A stretch of DNA of 64,000 nucleotides. Origin: Octopus vulgaris (Eukaryota). A program made the position numbers and the translations under genes. Each line of letters begins with the position of its first letter. Position 1 is the stretch's first letter. The notes beneath the pieces are model-generated. The model had not been told where the DNA came from. It worked only from the letters and a program-made list of their open reading frames with translations, and searched no databases. Location: the NCBI GenBank assembly GCA_951406725.2, contig OX597823.1, forward strand, positions 40,858,001 to 40,922,000, given 5' to 3'. Of the stretch, positions 56,207 to 64,000 are shown piece after piece.

Positions 56207-57237
56207 TATCTATACGAAAATACATTTGCAGATGTATATATATATTTGTATCTATACATGTAAATACATTTATATGAGTGAGTATGTGTGTGAGTGTGTC
56301 AGCGCACGCATGGCTGGTGTTGTCACTTGCAGCCACTTACAAGGGACTGAGTCGTTAAAACGCCAAGAATTAATAGTGTGTAGATAAATAGAGAGACAGA
56401 CAGACAGAGAGTCAGAGAGAGTGTGTGTGTGGGACGGATAAAGAGCAAAGCATATACGACTGTGGAGGAAAATGGATGCAAGACTGGGAAAGTGAGAAAG
56501 TCGGATGAAAGAGAGCAGAAGAAAGAGAAATGTATGAAAGAGAAAATGTAATCGATATAAACATTTAGCGCCTTAAGTAAATGACAGCATGATGTTCACG
56601 GTTGGAACGTCATTGATCATCTGGTTGCTCTGTTGGGTTGACCTGAAGTTAAACAATGACATATATTGCATATGTAACGTAAATGTATACACTACATACA
56701 AGCGCGTGTTTTGTATGCGATCATAAACACACACACACACACACACACGCACGCACAAACACACACATACACGCACACACACACATCGTTGCTGTTATGC
56801 AAAGAGTTGTAAGTCCAAAACGTTGCTTTTTCAGAAAACGAAAAAATAGTTTTATCATTCCAAAGCAAAACATTTGTACTACACTTGGACAAGTTTTCAT
56901 ATCTTGGCATCTGAAGCACCTGAAGATACGATAGTTTGACCAAAAGAAACGGCTATTGCAAGTAAAAATAAATATTGAAAAAAAAAAAAACGCATTTCGC
57001 CAAATTTGGACGTACGATATATACACTCGCATACTGGGAGAGAGGGATATATATATATTTCGTTTTGGGATTTGGCTTGCAAGATTATTGAAAAGGTTAC
57101 AAAACGCAACGAAAATTTTAGGAAAATAAAAATAAGAAATAAGTGGAAATTTTACTGGTGAGTGTGTTAAATTATAAGGCACAAAAAGAAAATAACTCTC
57201 ACCAGATATAACAGCATATATATATTTATATATATCT

Positions 57238-57308
<71 letters not shown>

Positions 57309-57596
57309 TAAACCTCTTATAGGGATATTTTATCCAAGATACAATATATTATATTTTGAAGATGTTTCTTCAATGAATATATTATATAAAATATTGTAAA
57401 ATATCAAACGTTATTATCGAGTTAGAAAAAGATCGATCTAATGCATACAAATTAATTTATTAGTTAATTAACATAATCACCTATAAACTTTCATTTCACG
57501 AAACAATTGTAGGTGAATATATTAATTTATATATCTATTTATATATCTATTAGATCTCAGAGAGAGAGAGAGTGATGATAGATGGATCGATCGATC

Positions 57597-57634
<38 letters not shown>

Positions 57635-57714
57635 GCATCAGCAGACAGACATGAGAGGAAGAGAAAGAAGTTGTGGAAAAGAAATATTAATATTGGTTAT
57701 TCACTAAGTCTCGT

Positions 57715-57826
57715 AGAGCTTAGGTGTCTTTGCTCAATAAACACTCACTATGCTCGGTCTGTGAATCGAAACCGCGTTCTTATGACGGCGAGTCCGCTGC
57801 CCTAACCACTGGGCCATTGCACCTCC
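57715..57826 (-). mobile_element. SINE family C, head-only copy
   Basis: Match to 58183-58294. Confidence 0.85.
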
Positions 57827-57939
57827 ACTGCCGCTGCTGTTGGAGCTATTGTTGCTGTCTTCGTTTTTTTTTGTTGATGTTACTGTTGTTGCCGGTGTTG
57901 TTGTTGTTGTTGCTGATGTTGTTATTGTTGCTGCTGCTT

Positions 57940-58294
57940 GTTTATTTGTTTGTTTGTTTATTGAGCGTCCCAGTGGGTGAAGTCCGAAACGTGGTCCTTT
58001 GCTATTCGTAAGACCCGCAGAAGAGAAAGCAGGTCAACCCCCAGCACCGAGAGCATCGACGGATGGATGAATGCGCATCCAGGCTCAGCGGTTGCGTAGG
58101 AAGTCGGGAACAAGAAACAGGAACAAAGAGTGAGAGAAAGAGTACAACATGGGTCGCCACCACCCCCTGTCGGAGCATCGTGGAGCTTTAGGTGTTTTCG
58201 CTCAATAAACACACACAACGCCCGGTTTGGGAATCGAAACCGCGATCCTCCGACCGCGAGTCCGCTGCCCTAACCACTGGGCCATTGCGCCTCC
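57940..58294 (-). mobile_element. tRNA-derived SINE family C, full length (possibly tRNA-Arg-like head)
   Basis: Minus strand GGAGGCGCAATGGCCCAGTGGTTAGGGCAGCGGACTCGCGGTCGGAGGATCGCGGTTTCGATTCC is followed by a unique body and an (AAAC)n tail. Confidence 0.88.
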
Positions 58295-58454
58295 TGTTGC
58301 TGCTGCTATTGATTTTGCAGTTGCTGCCTTGTCTGTTGTTGTTATTGTTCTTACTGTTGTTGTTGTTGCTGTTGTTCTTTGCATCGTTACCGTCATCGTT
58401 GTTATTGTTGTTGGTGTCGTTGTCTTCGGTTGTCTTGTCAATTCGATTTATATT

Positions 58455-58640
58455 TACCCTGACACGATAGTCTTATAATCGAAGCCAGTCCTCCCACGAC
58501 CATCCCATGTTTTTAGAGGTATCTATAACTAAATTACTTAAATTCATCCCTCTTACTTTTCAGACGGAAGGATAAAATTCGTAGGAGATTTCGCTTCTAT
58601 TTCTAGCAGGTTTACGAACGACTATTTAAGAGCTTGCTCC
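58455..58640 (+). repeat. Old dispersed repeat (family F); related pieces at ~29815-30040, 30695-30850, 32420-32580 and 43575-43650
   Basis: Shared motifs gattt.gct.ctattt.tagcagg.c.a.cgac and ..ccg.gaccatc. Confidence 0.55.
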
Positions 58641-59419
58641 TTTTCTTTTCGAAATATTTCCAACACAGGATGAGCGCATAGTGAATTAAATTGACCTAAG
58701 TACATCAATACCTATTGTCGAATTTGAACTCCGAACGTTGAGGTACGTCATGAGATGCTAAAAGATATTTAGTGCTGCACTCCACCGTAACTACAACTCC
58801 ACCTCTTCCTGTAATGGCGGTCATATGAGAAGCTGGTGCACATTGCAGAAATGTCTGAATATATTTTGTAAGACAACACCACATGTGTGAGTGTGAGTGT
58901 GTGTGTGTATGTTTGTATGTGTGTGGAGTTTCAGTGTGTGCGTATGTTTGTGTGTATGTGTGAGTGCATGAAGTTGTCGTTGGAGAAATTTGCGTTTTGT
59001 TACAACATAAATATTTAATACAGGCACTCATTCATACTACACACACACACGCGCACACACACACACACACACTCACGCACGCACACACACACATACACAG
59101 TCACAACTTAAAACACAACACACAGCCACACTCGTCACATCTCTGCTCTACATGTATCTCGCTATCTCGCTCTTCTCTCTCTCATACAATCTGTCTTTTA
59201 CTATTCTCTCCGTCTCTCTCACACACTCCATCTATTTCGCTTTCAGCCTCTCTCTCTCTCTCTCTCCACACACATAATCAGACATAAGCGAATATATATA
59301 ATCTCACTGCAGTTACTTGTATATTTTCCACGTGGATTTGTTTAAATTTCTTTTCGTGGTTAATCTAGCATTATGTATCTCTCAATCAAAATCACTTTCT
59401 CTCTATCTGTCCCTCTCTG

Positions 59420-59488
<69 letters not shown>

Positions 59489-59561
59489 ACGCACACACAC
59501 ACACACACACATCTATCTATCTGTCGATCTATGTGTTTTTCTTTCTATCTATCTATCACGC

Positions 59562-59813
<252 letters not shown>

Positions 59814-60180
59814 CTGTTTGTATGCATGTATATATGTGTGAGTGTATAAACGTATGTATTTCTCATTTGTGCGTGAGTGCTTGCGTATTTAACGTGTGTA
59901 TGTGTATTTGTTATAATTTTGTGTGAATGGTTTACGTGTCAGGAGAGAAATACTAGAAGGTAAGCAGTATTATTTATGTCTCGGTTACTTGCCTATGTGT
60001 ATATATGGCTGCATAGGAAGTACTTGTAAAGGTTAAACTACTATTCCTGTACTAATAGTACGAGTAGGTAAGCAAAAGCTGCTTTGCTTGTGTGTGTATT
60101 TATGTTAATATACGTGGCTTCTTTTTTTATACATGGTATAGTGTATGTATCTAACAAACCACACTGTTATGTATGTGTGT

Positions 60181-60226
<46 letters not shown>

Positions 60227-60385
60227 ATATTGTGTGTGAATAAACGTTACATATTGTATGTGTATATTTGACAAGCCACGCTATTTTGTGTGTATGTCTG
60301 CGTGCTCAGTGAAGTCTGAAGACCAGCCGACACCAAACCGGATAAGATGATTAAAGAAATAACTCGGAACAAATAAGCAAAACCT

Positions 60386-60424
<39 letters not shown>

Positions 60425-60670
60425 CACCCACACGCACACACACACACACGCACACACACACATATACGCACACACACACGTTCTTACACACACACACGTT
60501 CTTCCTCTTTTTCACACTCTCTCTCACACATACAGTCATACATACACACATATGCCCATGTGCGCGCAAACTCACACGCACACACATGCATGCAAACAAA
60601 CACACACATAAGTTCACTTCCAAATCTTTTTTAGAATAAGACACATTGAAAAAAACCCAAAAAAACTCAC

Positions 60671-60794
60671 GCATGCCTTGTCTTGGTCCCCTCAATTCTT
60701 TTGTTGAATCGTAAAAGCGCCTTGAGACAGATGGCATGTTCTTGAGAGTTTTAGGTAGAATCCATTCCTCTTCAGGCTTGGCTACAATCGATTT
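60671..60794 (-). other. Candidate spliced exon of an unidentified host transcript
   Basis: Pyrimidine tract plus AG, a 124-nt open frame KSIVAKPEEEWILPKTLKNMPSVSRRFYDSTKELRGPRQGM, then GTGAGT. I recognise no homology. Confidence 0.4.
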
Positions 60795-60909
60795 CTTCCA
60801 GAAGAGAGAAAGAAGCATACAGAAAGCATGCGTGAAAGAAAGATGAAGGGGCCCCAAGTACAGAACTGGTATTTTGTTATGCAAACTAACGCAAACCATC
60901 AGAAAGATT

Positions 60910-60965
<56 letters not shown>

Positions 60966-60968
<3 letters not shown>

Positions 60969-61188
60969 GTAAGGGGGATCAGCCATCTGAATGTGGCTAG
61001 GGACAGGGCGGGGTGGTTGGGGTGTTACTGATGCTTTTAGCCCCAGGCGATCATCAACGTCACCAGAAGGGCTGGGCGTCAGCCCTTCTGGTGACGTTGA
61101 TGATCGCCTGGGGCTAAAAGCATCAGTAACACCCCAACCACCCCGCCCTGTCCCTAGCCACATTCAGATGGCTGATCCCCCTTACGTT
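60966..61188. repeat. Perfect inverted repeat with 109-bp arms and a 5-nt loop
   Basis: 60966-61074 is the exact reverse complement of 61080-61188. Confidence 0.97.
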
Positions 61189-61232
61189 GTCGAGCAGGTA
61201 CTGTTTATATCTCGTTCAGAGATTTATTATTG

Positions 61233-61281
<49 letters not shown>

Positions 61282-61299
61282 CACATACACACAAATATA

Positions 61300-61520
61300 T
61301 ACTCCTTTACTCTTTTACTTGTTTCAGTCATTTTGACTGTGGCCATGCTGGAGCACCGCCTTTTAGTTGAAGAAATCGACACCTGGACTTATTTTTTGTA
61401 AACCTGGTACTTATTCTACCGGTCCCTTTTTGCTGAACCTTTAAGTTATGGTGGTAAACACACCAAGATCGGTTGTTAAGCGATGTTGGAGAGAGAAACA
61501 CAGCCACAAAAACACAAATA
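61300..61520 (-). mobile_element. SINE family A, 3' half only
   Basis: Matches 1514-1730 and ends in (CA)n. Confidence 0.85.
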
Positions 61521-61521
61521 T

Positions 61522-61602
<81 letters not shown>

Positions 61603-61689
61603 ATTATTAAATAGAACAGTAAACTTTAAAGCAAGGCAAGCATCTCAAGTCGTATACATTATTATTATGGGAAGAATTTCAAAATCATC

Positions 61690-61738
61690 CAGCTGTTTCT
61701 GGGATTTCCCAGAGCATGGGATATTCCGTCATCAGAGA
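61690..61738 (-). ncRNA. Hammerhead ribozyme-like motif (PLE minimal type), degenerate
   Basis: Minus strand: CUGAUGA, then a long imperfect stem II (UCCCA ugcuc UGGGA core), GAAA and palindromic CAGCUG. The NUH cleavage triplet appears mutated. Confidence 0.6.
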
Positions 61739-64000
61739 CAAATAAGGGGAAAATCAGGGAAAATGAGAATGGCATACGCTAATGAGATGACGACATAGGG
61801 GAAGGGAGTAAATGAATAAAGAGACGGAAAGAAAGAAGGAAAAAGAAGCTTAAAAGTTCAGAGTTTGACTTTCCGAAGTTATAGAAACCAGAGCATGAGT
61901 CCTTAGGTGCAATCCTGCGTATATCCATGTGGGTTTAAATCCTGATGTTGTAGACATCACAGAAAAAACAAAAAACAGACGCGAGCATATCAACGTTCAA
62001 TAACAGAATTGTAACGGAGGTGGCTATTAAGTGGCAAAAGTAAAGAAAAGAATATAAATAGAGAGGTAGATAGAGTGAGGTGGGGGGGATTTTAAGGATC
62101 GGCTATAGGATAAAGTAAGGTGCATAGGTGTATGGTGTCTAAGAATTGTGTACGGGGTAGCCGAGAAGATAAGAGAGAGGATGAGGAGGTAGAGGAAGAT
62201 AGGGTAAAATTTATATAGCAAAATGAAAGGAATTTAGAGAGAGTGGTCGATGTCTGGTAGTCTTAAAGTCTAAAGTTGTTAGGGAGGAAATTTAGTAGTA
62301 ACTGCTTGTGTCCGTTCTGGCTAAGGTCAGTGGCTGTAACAATGGGGTTATGGATATGTAGGAAATCGAGAATCGAAGACCCAGTTAAATGTTAAATTAT
62401 TTATGAGTGGGATTTAGGGAATTTATTGGGTTAAGGTTTAAAAATAAATTAAGGATAACTTAAAGAATTGATATTTGTATAATAGTGTGATGAGGTAAGG
62501 TAGATAGAAAAGAGGTAAGACATAAGGTAAAAATAAAAGTTATAGAGATATAGAAGGGGGTCTGTGTTAATGACCATAGAGGTATGTATGTGGGTGCTAT
62601 TCGCGGGGTGGGGGTAGGTAGCTTACATTTAGATTTATGAAAGAATTGTATATATATATGTATGTCATTCACTTTTGAAGATTTCTTGCTAATAAAGAAA
62701 GAGCCGGTTTCTAATCTAGATCCAAAGCTCTTTCATTGGAATTTTAACAACATTAAAAGGTTATTTTTGCATGTATGTATGTAAATGTGCAGTATTTGGA
62801 GGCAGTGCATCTGCAGATTTGTATGTTTTGTTTTTTGTATGTATTCTTATTCATGTAGTTGCATGTGTAGACATGCGCATATATACTCAAATGATAAACT
62901 TCTTAAAAGTTTTATAGATTTTTAAAGTTCGAGTGATATAACTTGGATCTGCAGTCTTCGAATAGGCTTTCACATTTCCAGTTTTGAGAAGCCTAATTTC
63001 TCACGATTATTACCTAGGTAGTTTTCCAATAATTACAGGTATAAAACTGAACTTGTGATCTGGGTAGAGTTACTGAAGATTTCACAATAGTTCAGAGTAG
63101 GTATTTTCTTTTTCGCTGCCCTTTAGCTTTATGTTAACATCCGCCAGGCGGCTGATTTCCAAAACTCTATACAGTTTCTCTTCTTTTCCCCCAAATCACT
63201 GTCTAATATGTTTACATTTTATTGAGGTTTTCACTGGAAAATTCCACTAGTACTCCTTATTATGAGTGGCTGTTGCTTCTACCATGCTATAGGTTCTTAT
63301 TTCTTTAGCCTCCGAGTTATACTTTCAATGGATCTCATTATACAGTGTCTCAGCTACATCATGTCTCATCGATATATATGTATATATATATATATAAAAT
63401 ATATAATATATAATATATAGATAAACTTGACAATGACAAATAAGCGAGGGTATACAAGACATTTACATATTTACCCCCATACATACGTACAAATACACAC
63501 ACACACTAAATACTCATGCATACGCAATGTCCCCCTCTTATACAACTTCAAAACACAAGCAGTCATCTATAAGATAAGAAAGATACAATTATTTATTTAC
63601 ATATGTATCCCATTCCATCTGACCATAGCATAATATTTCAACAATTATCACGTATCGAATAGAGAATAAAATATCAAATGGTTTGTGTGATAAACCAAAA
63701 CAGATACTACCGTTGTTATCTTTAGAATCCATCTTGTTATTCTTTGACTCATTGCGTTACCCTTTTCATGACCCCTCTTTCTTCCACTTCTCCTCATTCT
63801 CTCTCTTTTCCTGTCAGTCACTCTCTCTCATTCTCTCTCTTTCATTCTCTCTCTTTCTTTCTCTCCCTCTCTCTCCTCTCTCTTACTCTCTCTCTCTCTC
63901 TCTCTCGTTCAAACGTTCCTCTTTATGGTCACATAACGATGTCTTTATTTGTCTTTTATTCACATTTTTCCTCTTCACTTTCTTCTCTCTTTTTCATTTC

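Noticed and set aside
58220-58294. tRNA-like sequence (also 57755-57826, 34692-34765 and 1860-1930)
   Set aside because: There is no intact acceptor stem or cloverleaf, and the sequence continues into a SINE body and tail. These are SINE heads, not tRNA genes.
59944-59966. Plus-strand 17-nt micro-exon (cag...AAG|gtaagc)
   Set aside because: It has no pyrimidine tract or supporting neighbours, and such motifs are expected by chance.
61075-61130. HDV-like ribozyme suggested by GGCUAAAAGCAUCAG
   Set aside because: I could not build P1, P3 and P1.1. The only pairing partner is the palindrome's other arm.
60384-61401. Two opposite-strand ORFs with the same N-terminus MWLGTGRGGWG
   Set aside because: This is a trivial consequence of the palindrome, and both run into microsatellites.

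Overview
AT-rich, microsatellite-saturated eukaryotic non-coding DNA. It is most likely an octopod cephalopod (Octopus-like); this is inferred from my recollection of the SINE families and the repeat landscape, not from a database search. I see no complete host gene. Almost all listed ORFs are translations of (TA)n, (CA)n, (AAT)n or (GATA)n tracts. The real coding signal comes from transposons: a near full-length disabled CR1/L2-group LINE (22.8-26.4 kb), an R4/Dong-type fragment in (TAA)n, an RTE fragment, a long-TIR deleted mariner, a Tc1-type fragment and a Penelope-like GIY-YIG remnant. There are also many tRNA-derived SINEs from at least four families. The most interesting signals are: (i) a group of short non-coding Penelope-type elements carrying minimal hammerhead-ribozyme-like motifs with atypical cores and covarying stems; (ii) repeated fold-back (inverted-repeat) structures next to (TA)n runs, including a perfect 109-bp-arm palindrome at 60966-61188; (iii) scattered minus-strand candidate exons, which suggest the window may be intronic to one long transcript.
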